Of a stretch of 64,000 bases of DNA, positions 43,483-54,272 are shown in pieces. Position 1 is the first letter of the stretch. Every line of letters starts with the position of its first letter. The notes below the pieces were generated by a model that did not search any database, was not told the origin of the DNA, and saw nothing but the letters and a program-made list of their open reading frames with translations. The position numbers were made by a program, and so were the translations under genes. Location: assembly GCA_977020255.1 (NCBI GenBank), contig CDROCS010000122.1, positions 186,001-250,000 of the forward strand, read 5' to 3'. Source of the stretch: Obrimoposthia wandeli. Taxonomy: Eukaryota.

Positions 43483-45063
43483 TTATACCGTTGTTTTAAT
43501 TGGTTTTATATCTCTACCTACGTTAGTGCAGTATTCTTCGATAAGCGCTTTCCAGCGCATGACAATATCTTTATCTTTCATACTCACACGCAATGTTTTC
43601 CACGGTTGTAAACAGGTTTCTTTAGATTCAGGCTGAGACAAACGATTGAACAGCGCTTCCGAAGGCATCACGCGTAGCAGCGCGACTAAAGATTCCATGT
43701 AGTTGAGTCGAAATTGATCGAGTTTGTTTTGCTTATAGGCGATATGAGAAACGAACGTGTAGATCAGCGCATTTTGAATGAGTGAATCGCCAGCTGGTGT
43801 CGTCAGCAGAGTTTTCGCTTTATCGATATTTCCGACTTTGTAATACAAGATACCTAACCACAAACTCAATTCATCTGGCAGCACATCGAATACAGACTGA
43901 GCTTGATTAAGGAAGCTCTCCAGTTTGATGTTGTCTTGTTCATACAGCACAAGATGTCTGGCAATAGTGATTGCCGAAAATTCGTCCGCTTGCTGTAGAG
44001 GCTCGCTAGGGAAATCGTCATCAATCAACATCTTTTTATGCGTATCTGACAGTACCCAAACGTTTTTAGATAATTCGGGCAGATTGAAGTATTGCGTAAC
44101 ATCAGTATGAATTTGTAACAGGTCACTTTGTAGGTGGGATAGACGTAACACATATTGATTACGGAAGGCCAATTTACCCGTTGCTGGGTAAATCAGATTT
44201 ATCTGCGCTTTAAGGATGTTTTTCTCAGGGCCATCTTTCAGCTCAATATTGAGTTCGTAGTCACTCGTCTGCATATTGCGCGCACCCGGGAAGTAAGGTG
44301 TATCATCAATTGGGTCGAGGAAATAACTCGGAGCATCTTGGTTGGCAATGTCGGTATAAGGGTATTCAATTTGTTGTTGAAGCAGTACCGCTTTGATTAC
44401 TTTGCGATAGTATCTTGCTTGCGAGCCTATAGCATCGATACGATTGAGCAGCAGTTCAACTTTAGGAATCAAAAGCTGATTACGAGTTTGTTGCGTTGAG
44501 ATTTCTTGTTGTTGCCAAACAATGAATCCCAAAGTGATGCTACAAAGTGCTAATAGCGTACATAGTCCATAGGCGAGACGAACTCGCAAACTATTTGGCA
44601 GAGCCATGTCTGATTGTACTATTCCCGCTTTGTGCTTCTTTGTTTTTATTGGTGGCAATAAACAAATATGAGCAGGGTTAAGGAAATAACCTTTACGTGG
44701 ATAAGTGACAAGTAATTTAGAAGCATCGTGCTCAGGTGAATGTAGCTGTAATAGAGAGCGTAACGTGCTGATGCGATTAGTCAGAACATTCTTCGAAATG
44801 AATTTGCTTTGCCACACTGTTTCGATGATCGTGTTAACGGAAAGAGGCAGACCAACACTGGTTAGCAGCAATTCCAATAATTCGATGGTGCGAGGCTCAA
44901 GATCTATTGCTATCGACGCCTTATGAAGAGTTTGAGTCTCAGGGTTATAGATAAGATCGCCAATAGCAATGCAGCTATTTGTTTGTTTTGCTTGTAACAG
45001 AAAGTCGCGCATACCATAACAATCATTTGGAAATGGTGAAATATTATATATTTGTTGAAGCAT
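43483..45063 (-). CDS. ToxR/CadC-type transmembrane transcription regulator (start may be 45012)
   Basis: OmpR-type wHTH (LEPRTIELL...ISTLRSLL...TYPRKGYFL), one TM, about 340-aa extracytoplasmic domain. Confidence 0.85.
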   Translation of the reverse strand: MLQQIYNISPFPNDCYGMRDFLLQAKQTNSCIAIGDLIYNPETQTLHKASIAIDLEPRTIELLELLLTSVGLPLSVNTIIETVWQSKFISKNVLTNRISTLRSLLQLHSPEHDASKLLVTYPRKGYFLNPAHICLLPPIKTKKHKAGIVQSDMALPNSLRVRLAYGLCTLLALCSITLGFIVWQQQEISTQQTRNQLLIPKVELLLNRIDAIGSQARYYRKVIKAVLLQQQIEYPYTDIANQDAPSYFLDPIDDTPYFPGARNMQTSDYELNIELKDGPEKNILKAQINLIYPATGKLAFRNQYVLRLSHLQSDLLQIHTDVTQYFNLPELSKNVWVLSDTHKKMLIDDDFPSEPLQQADEFSAITIARHLVLYEQDNIKLESFLNQAQSVFDVLPDELSLWLGILYYKVGNIDKAKTLLTTPAGDSLIQNALIYTFVSHIAYKQNKLDQFRLNYMESLVALLRVMPSEALFNRLSQPESKETCLQPWKTLRVSMKDKDIVMRWKALIEEYCTNVGRDIKPIKTTV

Positions 45064-45257
45064 AAAATCTTATAAATTACGCTCCAATCATTACGGTTAG
45101 ATTGTAAACCATAAGTCATATGATAGCTGAGTCATCTAAATTAGCCGGGCCAAAAAGAGAAAGCGACAAATTTTAAAGGGTCAGAATATACATAATGCCC
45201 CCTTGTGTGACAACAAAGGCTCAAAGCATAATATTGAAATGAAGTAAAAAAAAACCC

Positions 45258-45269
45258 AGCTTTTAAACT
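45258..45269. repeat. Left target-site duplication
   Basis: AGCTTTTAAACT, identical to 46689-46700. Confidence 0.95.
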
Positions 45270-46688
45270 TAATACTGATCGTTTAAGGGGACTTGAACGA
45301 TCCTGTAGCTGATTCATAATCGGTCTCAACTTTTGTTTGAGGCCGATTTTTTATGTCTGAGTTTTCTCGTGAACTACAAGTTACTGCTGAACTTAACTAC
45401 CCTGAAGCAATTGATGCTTTTCGTAAAAATATACCAAGTGAATGGATAGAAGAAGCGGTACAGCAGACTGGCAGAGCTGCCATTCGAAAACGTCGATTCC
45501 CTGCAGAGCAAGCAGTATGGCTTGTACTTGGAATTGGGCTTATGAGAGATCGTTCAATTAGTGACGTATGTGATAAGTTGGAGCTAGCATTTCCTGACTC
45601 TAAAGGCGAACTCCCACCGCTTGCGACAAGTAGCATCGTTAAAGCCAGACAACGTATAGGAGTGGAACCGTTACGTCATCTATTCCGTACGACAGCGGCA
45701 GAATGGGAAAAAGAAGATACCTCAGATACAGCATGCGGCTTAAAGTTATTGAGTGTTGATGGTACGCAGTTTAAAGCCCCCGAAACGTCAAGTAATCAAC
45801 AACTTGGTTATGCACAAAAAACGGCGTCATTCCCTTCCGTTCTCGCGGTTACTTTAATGTCTACAAAAACACATTTAATTTCTGATGCCGCTTTTGGTCC
45901 CATTTCAAATAGTGAAATTTCTTATGCGCAACAACTGGTTGGCTCAGCCCAAGATAATACACTAACGTTATTTGACCGTGGTTTTATGTCAGCAGAACTA
46001 TTTACTGCCTGGCGTGGTGCTGGAAAAAACACTCATTGGTTAATCCCAATAAAAGCCAAACTCAGGTATGAAGTTGTTGAGGAATACACGCCGCATGACA
46101 AACTAATTAAAATGCCAGTATCCCCACAGGCCAAGAAAAAACACCCTTATCTGGATGATTTCTGGAATGCTAGATTGGTCTTAATTCCAGATCCAAAAGG
46201 TGAAATAAAGGGCTTCATTACTTCTCTTGAAGATCCTCAGAAGTATCCCCTAAAGGATATTGTTGATGTGTACTGGGATCGCTGGGAAATAGAGCAAAGC
46301 TACGGTGAATTAAAGCAAGGTCAACTCAATAACAAAGCAATATTACGTAGCCAAAAGGTTGAAGGAGTCTATCAAGAGTTATGGGGCATACTAACTTCAT
46401 ACAACTTAGTCCGCCTTGAGATGAGTCGTATGGCACAATATCATAAAGTTGAGCCACTAAGAATCAGCTTTATCAATGCGTTAAGGTTAATACAGGACGA
46501 GTTTTTATGGTGCTCAGGAAGAACGCCAGGGACGGTACCGAAAAAGCTTCAAAATTTAAGAGAAAATGGAAAGCGATTAATACTGCCAAAGAAACGAAAA
46601 CGAACATCTCCACCAAGGTGTGTGATTTATAAACCATCTCGTTATCCGTATAAAAAAAGAGCCGCTCGCTGTTAAGCGAGCGGCATTA
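45270..46688 (+). mobile_element. IS4-family insertion sequence, 1419 bp, intact
   Basis: IRL TAATACTGATCGTTTAAG; IRR (rc) TAATGCCGCTCGCTTAAC; 12-bp TSD; single transposase. Confidence 0.95.
45353..46675 (+). CDS. IS4-family DDE transposase
   Basis: SVDGT, LFDRGF, YWDRWEIEQSYGELK (YREK-type signature). Confidence 0.95.
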   Translation: MSEFSRELQVTAELNYPEAIDAFRKNIPSEWIEEAVQQTGRAAIRKRRFPAEQAVWLVLGIGLMRDRSISDVCDKLELAFPDSKGELPPLATSSIVKARQRIGVEPLRHLFRTTAAEWEKEDTSDTACGLKLLSVDGTQFKAPETSSNQQLGYAQKTASFPSVLAVTLMSTKTHLISDAAFGPISNSEISYAQQLVGSAQDNTLTLFDRGFMSAELFTAWRGAGKNTHWLIPIKAKLRYEVVEEYTPHDKLIKMPVSPQAKKKHPYLDDFWNARLVLIPDPKGEIKGFITSLEDPQKYPLKDIVDVYWDRWEIEQSYGELKQGQLNNKAILRSQKVEGVYQELWGILTSYNLVRLEMSRMAQYHKVEPLRISFINALRLIQDEFLWCSGRTPGTVPKKLQNLRENGKRLILPKKRKRTSPPRCVIYKPSRYPYKKRAARC

Positions 46689-46700
46689 AGCTTTTAAACT
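46689..46700. repeat. Right target-site duplication
   Basis: AGCTTTTAAACT. Confidence 0.95.
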
Positions 46701-46781
46701 GAGGTTTTCTGTAAAAGAGTCAGACCAATGGCAACCTTTTTATATGAGTCATACCATTCTAGCTTGGTATCAGCATTGCGA

Positions 46782-48038
46782 TTATGGCCGTATTAAGTAA
46801 TCAGCCTGACCTACCCACTTGTAACTTGTTAGCTCTTCTAAGCCCATAGGGCCACGTGCATGCAGCTTCTGAGTAGATACTGCAACCTCGGCACCTAAAC
46901 CAAACTGCGCACCGTCAGTAAAGCGTGTAGATGCATTCACATACACTGCAGCAGAGCCTGCCGCGTTGACGAAACGTTCTGCTGATTGAATATCGTTGGT
47001 AAGAATCGCATCAGAGTGGCTCGCGTTATGTTTACGCATGTGGGCAATCGCTTCTGCAACATCAGCAACCACTTTTACGCCTAACGTGAAACTTAACCAT
47101 TCAGTATCAAAATCACCGCTTGCAACATGACGCAATGTCGCCGCTTTTCCTTCAAGGAAAGAATATGCCGCATCATCAGCAACAAATTCAATGTTACTTC
47201 TATTTAAACGCTCTGCTAAACGAGGTAAAAAAGTCTCTGCCACTTTTTCGCTTACCAATAACGTATCCAATGCATTACACGCTGACGGGCGCTGTGCTTT
47301 GGCATTTTCAACCACATCAATTGAACGAGATATATCCGCAGAGTGATCAACATAAACATGGCTAATACCAAAGCCACCGATAATCACCGGAATCGTGCTG
47401 TTTTCTTTACACATTTTATGCAAACCAGCACCACCACGTGGAATAATCATATCAACGTACTGATCAAGGCGTAATAACTGTGATACTAACTCACGGTCCG
47501 GTTTGTCGATGTACTGAACCGATGCCGCGGGTAAATCTGCTTTTTTCAGTGCTACTTGAATCACTTTCACTAATTCCACATTGGAGTGAAAAGTTTCGCG
47601 TCCACCACGTAAAATACTGGCATTACCCGTTTTCAAACACAATGCAGCAATATCAATCGTTACATTTGGCCGAGCTTCATAGATAACACCAACAACGCCC
47701 AATGGCACACGACGACGGCTTAAACGCATGCCGTTTTCCAATACTCGACTATCGAGCTCTGCACCCACGGGATCATTTAAGCTGATCACGTTACGTACAT
47801 CATTGGCAATGCCGGTTAGCCTGTCTTCATTCAGTAAAAGACGATCAATCAATGCCTCTGTCATTCCTGATTCACGTGCGGCATTAATATCTTTAGCATT
47901 GGCCGCCAAAATCGCGTCTTTGTTTGCTTCTAGCTCATCGGCAATGATCGCTAATGCTTGGTTCTTTTGTGCTGTAGCTACTGTCGCTAATTCGAAAGCC
48001 GCTTCTTGAGCCGCTTTACCCATATGTTCAAGATTCAC
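46782..48038 (-). CDS. proA: Gamma-glutamyl phosphate reductase (GTG start)
   Basis: IYEARPNV; SACNALDT; [14 protein letters not shown]; AGAGGA RBS. Confidence 0.97.
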   Translation of the reverse strand: MNLEHMGKAAQEAAFELATVATAQKNQALAIIADELEANKDAILAANAKDINAARESGMTEALIDRLLLNEDRLTGIANDVRNVISLNDPVGAELDSRVLENGMRLSRRRVPLGVVGVIYEARPNVTIDIAALCLKTGNASILRGGRETFHSNVELVKVIQVALKKADLPAASVQYIDKPDRELVSQLLRLDQYVDMIIPRGGAGLHKMCKENSTIPVIIGGFGISHVYVDHSADISRSIDVVENAKAQRPSACNALDTLLVSEKVAETFLPRLAERLNRSNIEFVADDAAYSFLEGKAATLRHVASGDFDTEWLSFTLGVKVVADVAEAIAHMRKHNASHSDAILTNDIQSAERFVNAAGSAAVYVNASTRFTDGAQFGLGAEVAVSTQKLHARGPMGLEELTSYKWVGQADYLIRP

Positions 48039-48132
48039 AATATTTCCTCTTTCATACCAAGTCATCAATATACGGTAAGTTACATTGGTTTAAGTACATT
48101 GCTAATGTAAACAATCACTTTAAATGACTACT

Positions 48133-49269
48133 TTAAATAACCACTAGGTCATCACGGTGAATAGCAACAGGACCATATTCATAACCCAGCACTTTATAAA
48201 TATCTTGGCTGTGCTTACCTACAATCATTGCCATATCATGACTAGAATAACGACAAATACCGCGGGCTAAGAAAACACCATTGGTATCGAAAATTCTTGC
48301 CACTTCGCCACGTTCAAATATCCCTTTTACTTCGGTAATACCTTTTGATAGTAAGCTACTACCTCTTTCCAGTATGGCCTTAGCGGCACCAGCATCAATC
48401 ACAATATCACCAGCAGGAGGGGGGCCCGCTAAAATCCAACGCTTACGGCTTTCTAGTGGTGTATCTAACGGAAGAAAGCGTGTTCCTACCGACTCACCGC
48501 TGGCTAAATCAGAAATCACATCGGGGCGACTACCCGCTGCAATAATTACTTCAATACCCGCACGACGAGCAACATCTGCTGCTTGCAATTTAGTCGCCAT
48601 ACCGCCAGTACCTAAACCACCTGCACTGCCACCTGCTAATTTGCGCAGTGTTTCATCAATGGTATGTACTTCGCGAATAAGCTCTGCATCTGGGTTATTA
48701 CGTGGATCAGCCGTAAATAAACCGGGTTGATCGGTTAATAGCAGTAGCTTATCTGCACCGCCTAAAATACCCACCAAAGCAGATAAATTATCATTATCAC
48801 CCACTTTTATTTCAGTGGTCGCAACCGCATCATTTTCATTTACAACAGGAATAATGCCGTTATCTAATAACGCAATGAGCATGTCTCGAGCATTCAAGTA
48901 ACGTTCACGATCGTCAAGATCAGCACGCGTTAGCAGCATCTGACCTACATGAAGACCATAAATACCAAACAGGCTTTCCCATTCTTGAATCAAACGACTT
49001 TGACCCACAGCGGCAAGTAACTGTTTACTCGCCATTGTTTTAGGCAATTCAGGGTAATCTAAATGCTCTCGACCAGCCGCAATCGCACCTGATGTAACAA
49101 TAATCACTTTATGACCATAGCGTCGAAGATGAGCACATTGGCGAACCAGCTCAACCATATGAGCACGATCTAGCTTCAAAGTACCACCGGTTAATACACT
49201 GGTGCCAAGCTTTACAACAATGGTTTGCTTGATGGGGGGCGTTTGTTTATCCGATAAAGGCGGTGTCAT
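48133..49269 (-). CDS. proB: Glutamate 5-kinase (start uncertain; alternatives 49350, 49362)
   Basis: VVKLGTS; NENDAV; GDNDNLSA; PUA domain. Confidence 0.96.
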   Translation of the reverse strand: MTPPLSDKQTPPIKQTIVVKLGTSVLTGGTLKLDRAHMVELVRQCAHLRRYGHKVIIVTSGAIAAGREHLDYPELPKTMASKQLLAAVGQSRLIQEWESLFGIYGLHVGQMLLTRADLDDRERYLNARDMLIALLDNGIIPVVNENDAVATTEIKVGDNDNLSALVGILGGADKLLLLTDQPGLFTADPRNNPDAELIREVHTIDETLRKLAGGSAGGLGTGGMATKLQAADVARRAGIEVIIAAGSRPDVISDLASGESVGTRFLPLDTPLESRKRWILAGPPPAGDIVIDAGAAKAILERGSSLLSKGITEVKGIFERGEVARIFDTNGVFLARGICRYSSHDMAMIVGKHSQDIYKVLGYEYGPVAIHRDDLVVI

Positions 49270-49568
49270 TGACCCTGCGTGTTTTTCAACATTCGAAAGA
49301 TCGCCTTCAAGCTTTAGTGCATTAACATTTAGGTGTTTAGTATCAGCCATGGGAATAAACAAAAAAGTAGATAATAAGTGTGCATTTGTTTTATCAATCC
49401 CATTGCAAGATCACAAGAGAAATGCAGCAATCATAGGAAGAATTACTGAAATAAAATGGGATTCAGCTAAAAATAGGACGAAACGGTCTAAAGTACCGTT
49501 AAAATGACAAAGACCTCTTTACAGCTAATCGCTAACAAAGAAGTCTTTTAAGGTCGGTTTGTTATTGA

Positions 49569-49970
49569 TTATGCAGAACCAAGTACCGCTTCTTCTAATT
49601 CAGCACTCGCTTGTAAACCCAAGTCACAATCTTCTTTGACAAATTTAGTCAATTTAACATAAAAATCATCTAACGTTTTAAGCACGGCTTCAGTATGTTT
49701 TGCTGGTAACACACCTTTAATCCAGTTACCTTTTGAATCATAGCGACCAAAATTATAACGGTATTCAAAGCCGATATCAGTTGCCGTTAACACTAACCAC
49801 CATCCCCAAAACTCACGCTCTTCAGGAGACTTATTTGCACTAATACAACTCGCTAAGCAGTCAAAGAAAAACTCACCTTCTTTAGATTGCTGTTTACGTA
49901 AATAAGGTCCAAGCGCCGTCAGTTTCGTCATTAAACGACCATGTGGCGGAAAAATAGTCTCAGTAGTCAT
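49569..49970 (-). CDS. crl: Sigma-S activator Crl (start reassigned)
   Basis: LGPYLR; FFFDCLASC; REFWGWW. Confidence 0.93.
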   Translation of the reverse strand: MTTETIFPPHGRLMTKLTALGPYLRKQQSKEGEFFFDCLASCISANKSPEEREFWGWWLVLTATDIGFEYRYNFGRYDSKGNWIKGVLPAKHTEAVLKTLDDFYVKLTKFVKEDCDLGLQASAELEEAVLGSA

Positions 49971-50126
49971 CGCATATCCCCATCCATAGTATATGTATGT
50001 AACGTCATACATAAAATACTCAACCACTCAAGTATGGTCTAACTCAGTTATAAAACCATTAAAGCCACATTAGATACGGATTAGCAACATTTTATTTACA
50101 TTGTCAGGCCAGACCTTGTCTTATTC

Positions 50127-51386
50127 TTATGCTAGTTTTTCTTTAAGCCATTCAATAACCGTGACCATTGAGCGATGATAACCATCATGTAGCGGTGTGT
50201 CAGGCAATGTTATCGCTTTACCACCACGACTCGACATTTCGATTAATTGATTGTCTATTTCACGGCAGACAGGATCATTTTTTAAGCTAATTCCTAACAT
50301 TGGAATATCTACTTTTCGGCGTCCTAATAAGCCCTGATTTTTCAACGACCATGCAGGTAAATGCGAGGTCAAACTCGATTTTGATATACCGTGTTTCCCC
50401 ATACGAGAGGCAATCACATCCAAATACATACGTGGCATAGCATCCAGCATTTGAGGCTGAGTAAGCATGCTATGAATCGCACCACCTAGGCTGATACACG
50501 TTTTTAATCGTGTCGGTTCCATAAAGCCCAGTCGTATCGCGGCATTGGCACCAAAACGTAAGCCCAGCATCGCCACTTTTGTATTATCAACCCAAGGCAC
50601 ATCACGAATTTGTTGTACCAATGCCTGATGAAGGCGACTGGTATCTTCAGTTAATGCCCAACGAGAACTGTGACCAACAGAAGGCATATCCAAGGTCACC
50701 ATTGCAAAGCCAGCCGGACCAAAATAATCGCGGTATAAGCGCCACAGATCCGATTGCAGTGAATCTAATCCACCACTCACAATAACGGTAGGCAGTAACT
50801 TATCAGTACGCGGTAAATGAATAAAAGCTTGAAATGTTTTACCTTCATACTTCACATCAATAGTACGTATTTGATGTGGCGTTAACGCCATCGATTCACG
50901 ATAAGATTGATTTGCTTGGATCTCAGCTTGAGCCGCTAGCGTATCACCCTTAAGGTGTGGATACGCTGCAACGCTGTAATACATACTGGCTTTTAATAAA
51001 GTCTCAGCTGCTTTTTCTTTCTGACCCGTCTCAACGTAAGCACGGGCTTTTTTTTGCAGTTTTGCCCCTACTTGCGTCCATTCATAGGTCCAGTTACCTG
51101 GTTTATATCCAATAACTGTATCCAACAATTCATCGCTAGTACGTGTTGCTGTTGAACTCGCCATCCGCGATAGAATCGCTTCCATTTCAATAGGGTCAAT
51201 ACCTTGCCAAATCCACTGAGGTCGACGTAAAACACGATACCATCCACTCTCACTATCTCCATCTAATGCATTATGCACCGAGGCCGATTTTAAGTGCGCT
51301 ATTTTCACCAAATTTGATGTTTCTTTGGTATTCATTCGTGGTGCAAATAACTGTTCGGATAAATTTGTTTTTGATGTATCAGACAC
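50127..51386 (-). CDS. frsA: Esterase FrsA
   Basis: KETSNLV; WYRVLRR; GLRFGAN. Confidence 0.94.
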   Translation of the reverse strand: MSDTSKTNLSEQLFAPRMNTKETSNLVKIAHLKSASVHNALDGDSESGWYRVLRRPQWIWQGIDPIEMEAILSRMASSTATRTSDELLDTVIGYKPGNWTYEWTQVGAKLQKKARAYVETGQKEKAAETLLKASMYYSVAAYPHLKGDTLAAQAEIQANQSYRESMALTPHQIRTIDVKYEGKTFQAFIHLPRTDKLLPTVIVSGGLDSLQSDLWRLYRDYFGPAGFAMVTLDMPSVGHSSRWALTEDTSRLHQALVQQIRDVPWVDNTKVAMLGLRFGANAAIRLGFMEPTRLKTCISLGGAIHSMLTQPQMLDAMPRMYLDVIASRMGKHGISKSSLTSHLPAWSLKNQGLLGRRKVDIPMLGISLKNDPVCREIDNQLIEMSSRGGKAITLPDTPLHDGYHRSMVTVIEWLKEKLA

Positions 51387-51649
51387 AATGAACTCCGATA
51401 TTTAAAATCAAACTACGCATTAAAGCCGGCAAAAAAACAAGACACTATCGTCATGATAGGCTCAATACTGCCGATGAAAACACGTAGGATCAGCATATAA
51501 TTAATAGTATATCACTCAATACATTATTACTTTGAAAGCAATCTTTAATACCAAACTAGACTAATATTGCAAAAAAAAACAGATAAAAAAAAAGGCACCA
51601 TCACTGGTGTCTTTTTTAGCGAAACTAACTGTAATCAGTTAATCATTAA

Positions 51650-52114
51650 TTATTTTTTTGAGATAGGCTCAACAAACGTAACCGCCATATCCCAAGGTTG
51701 CTCAATCCATGTGTCCTGTGCAATATCAACAACGTAGTCATCGATAAGGTGCTTACCAGCAGGCTTAGCACATACAGTTACAAACTTTGCTTTAGGGTAC
51801 ATTGCACGGATCAGTTCAGCAGTACCACCAGTATCAACAAGATCGTCGATTACGATGAAACCTTCACCATCACCGTCTGCTTGCTTAAGTACTTTCATTT
51901 CACGCTGATGATCGTGGTCGTAGCTTGAAATACACACTGTATCAACATGACGAATGTTAAGCTCACGTGCAAGAATCGCTGCAGGTACAAGCCCACCGCG
52001 ACTAACAGCAATGATACCTTTCCACTGATCAGCAGGTAGCAATTTTTCAGCTAGCTGACGTGTATACATTTGCATGTTATCCCATGTGATAACGAACTTA
52101 TTACTCATATCCAA
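51650..52114 (-). CDS. gpt: Xanthine-guanine phosphoribosyltransferase
   Basis: AVSRGGL; [10 protein letters not shown]; WIEQPWD. Confidence 0.97.
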   Translation of the reverse strand: MDMSNKFVITWDNMQMYTRQLAEKLLPADQWKGIIAVSRGGLVPAAILARELNIRHVDTVCISSYDHDHQREMKVLKQADGDGEGFIVIDDLVDTGGTAELIRAMYPKAKFVTVCAKPAGKHLIDDYVVDIAQDTWIEQPWDMAVTFVEPISKK

Positions 52115-52162
52115 TGAACCTCTAAATTCAGCGAGTTTATCGCCAAAAACGTTTATAAACTG

Positions 52163-53452
52163 TTATAAGAAAATAATTTTAGCAAGGAACAGAGCAGAAA
52201 TCACCCATACACTGATATTCACATCACGTCCCTTGCCACTCATTACTTTTACTGCAGCATAAGTGATAAAACCTAAGCCGATGCCTTCTGCAATTGAATA
52301 TGTTAGCGGCATAAGCAAACAAACAACAACCACTGGCGCAGCTTCTGTTAAGTCACGCCAATCAATGCTAACTAAACCCGACATCATCAGAATAGCAACA
52401 TAGAACAATGCACCCGCTGTCGCATACGGTGGAACCATACCCGCTAACGGCGCAAAGAATAATGCCAATAAAAATAGTACGCCGACAGTAACAGCCGTTA
52501 AACCAGTACGCCCACCAACCGCTACACCAGACACACTTTCAACAAAAGAAGTGGTATTTGATGTACCTAGTAATGCACCAATCGATGTTGCTGTACTATC
52601 TGCTAAAAGTGCGCGATTGAGGCGAGGTAGCTTTCCATCTTTATCGATTAAGTTAGCTTTCGTTGCCACACCGACTAGCGTTCCTGCCGTATCAAAAAGA
52701 TCGACAAACAAGAAAGCAAAAACAATTGAAATAAGCCCAACTTCCATTGCACCAGAAAAATCCAGTTGCAAGAAAGTAGGTGCAATGCTTGGTGGCATCG
52801 ACATAATACCATTGTATGACACTTCACCAAATAACACGCTCAATGCCGTTACCGCGATAATCGCCATTAAGACCGCCGCTTTATAACCACGGTGAACCAG
52901 TGCAATCGTTAAGAAGAAACCCAAGGCTGCCATTGCTGCAGGGAAACTGGTTAAATCGCCGATATGTACAAGTGTTGCGGGATTATCAACGACAATGCCA
53001 GAACTTTGTAATGCGATAAATGCTAAAAATAAACCAATACCCGCAGAAATACCGGTACGTAACGCTAAAGGAATCGCATTAATGATCCATTCACGTACTT
53101 TCAATAAACTAAGCACAATGAAACATAGACCAGAAATAAAGACTGCCGCTAAAGCAACTTGCCACGTATGCCCCATACCTAACACAACGGTATAGGTAAA
53201 GAATGCGTTCAATCCCATTCCTGGCGCTTGAGCAACAGGGTAGTTAGCAAAAAAACCCATGATGAAACAGCCAACCATTGCCGCTAAACAAGTCGCAACA
53301 AAGACAGCACCATGATCCATACCCGCGTTGGATAACATCGTTGGATTAACAAAGATAATGTATGCCATGGTTAGAAAAGTCGTTAGACCTGCTAACAATT
53401 CAGTACGAACATCCGTACCGTGCTCTTTCAGTTTGAATAGTTTTTCAAGCAT
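52163..53452 (-). CDS. NCS2/AzgA-family purine permease
   Basis: AGLTTFLTMAYI; APGMGLNAFF; FDTAGT; ESVSGVAVGGRTG. Confidence 0.93.
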   Translation of the reverse strand: MLEKLFKLKEHGTDVRTELLAGLTTFLTMAYIIFVNPTMLSNAGMDHGAVFVATCLAAMVGCFIMGFFANYPVAQAPGMGLNAFFTYTVVLGMGHTWQVALAAVFISGLCFIVLSLLKVREWIINAIPLALRTGISAGIGLFLAFIALQSSGIVVDNPATLVHIGDLTSFPAAMAALGFFLTIALVHRGYKAAVLMAIIAVTALSVLFGEVSYNGIMSMPPSIAPTFLQLDFSGAMEVGLISIVFAFLFVDLFDTAGTLVGVATKANLIDKDGKLPRLNRALLADSTATSIGALLGTSNTTSFVESVSGVAVGGRTGLTAVTVGVLFLLALFFAPLAGMVPPYATAGALFYVAILMMSGLVSIDWRDLTEAAPVVVVCLLMPLTYSIAEGIGLGFITYAAVKVMSGKGRDVNISVWVISALFLAKIIFL

Positions 53453-53503
53453 TGATCTCAATTCCTTGGAGATAGTACGCAGCAGTTAAAAAAAGGGTTA
53501 AAA

Positions 53504-53519
53504 TAGAAAACGTTTGCGT
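53504..53519. promoter_or_regulatory. PurR box
   Basis: Reverse complement ACGCAAACGTTTTCTA; weaker AAGCAAACGTTAACAT at 53715-53730. Confidence 0.85.
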
Positions 53520-53873
53520 GTCCGATTTTGGGGGCGATTATAAGCTTCTCAAAACACAATTTCCAGAAAATAACCAAATCATCAATAAATAAACTCATCA
53601 AACGAGTAAAAAAGCACCCAACAGATCTACGTAAAAAATTAAGTCGTATAAAATCAATGTCTTATGTAGCAACGTCAACGTGTATTTTTTAAGCAATATG
53701 AAATTATCCCCTATAAGCAAACGTTAACATCCCTAACATATTTGTTAAAATAACGCTTCAAGACAATATGTAATCGAATACATCCGAATCTATATATTTT
53801 CATCATATTAACAACAATAAATACGGTCATTACATACGGGGGATATTGAATGGGTAACCACTAAACGCGAGGC

Positions 53874-54266
53874 AAAAAAAACGCCACCTCAAAAAGAGAC
53901 GGCGGCAGAATTTGGCAAATAACCAGATTTGGTTATTAAATATTCTTAATATTTGGGGTGAACAATATGTTCGGCTAAGCAGTGTCGGCAACACTACTCG
54001 GCAAAATTAATAACCGAAAGAGCTCGGGTAGCTGAAATTACTCGTGTAAAAAGAACGGTTATTCCAGAAGTATGCAATAGAGTCAAAAGCTTTCATTTTA
54101 ATTACCTTAATCATAAGTTAGTCCAAACACATGCAACAGTTAGCATGGCTCAATTCCTTGGAGCATTTAGACCGTCGCTGGTCTCACTTAATCTCGGTTC
54201 CTTGGAGGCAATATATCGGGCTCATCCTGAGCAGTTAGTGTGTTTTATTTGTCTTCTCTAGAAGAT
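53874..54266 (-). ncRNA. vcdRP: VcdRP-like dual-function RNA (5' end estimated)
   Basis: Promoter, 29-codon ORF, CACCCC seed (53955-53960), terminator GCCGTCTC-TTTTT-GAGGTGGC-GTTTTTTTT; same NCS2/pepD position I recall for V. cholerae. Confidence 0.8.
54007..54096 (-). CDS. vcdP: VcdP-like 29-aa peptide (missing from ORF track)
   Basis: MKAFDSIAYFWNNRSFYTSNFSYPSSFGY with TAAGGT RBS; resembles V. cholerae VcdP (29 aa, FWN...SFGY) from recollection. Confidence 0.82.
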   Translation of the reverse strand: MKAFDSIAYFWNNRSFYTSNFSYPSSFGY

Positions 54267-54272
54267 GAACAG

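Noticed and set aside
45270-46688. IS4 as a genome-rearrangement breakpoint between the dapE and proA regions
   Set aside because: Identical 12-bp TSDs on both sides and a restorable terminator indicate a simple insertion
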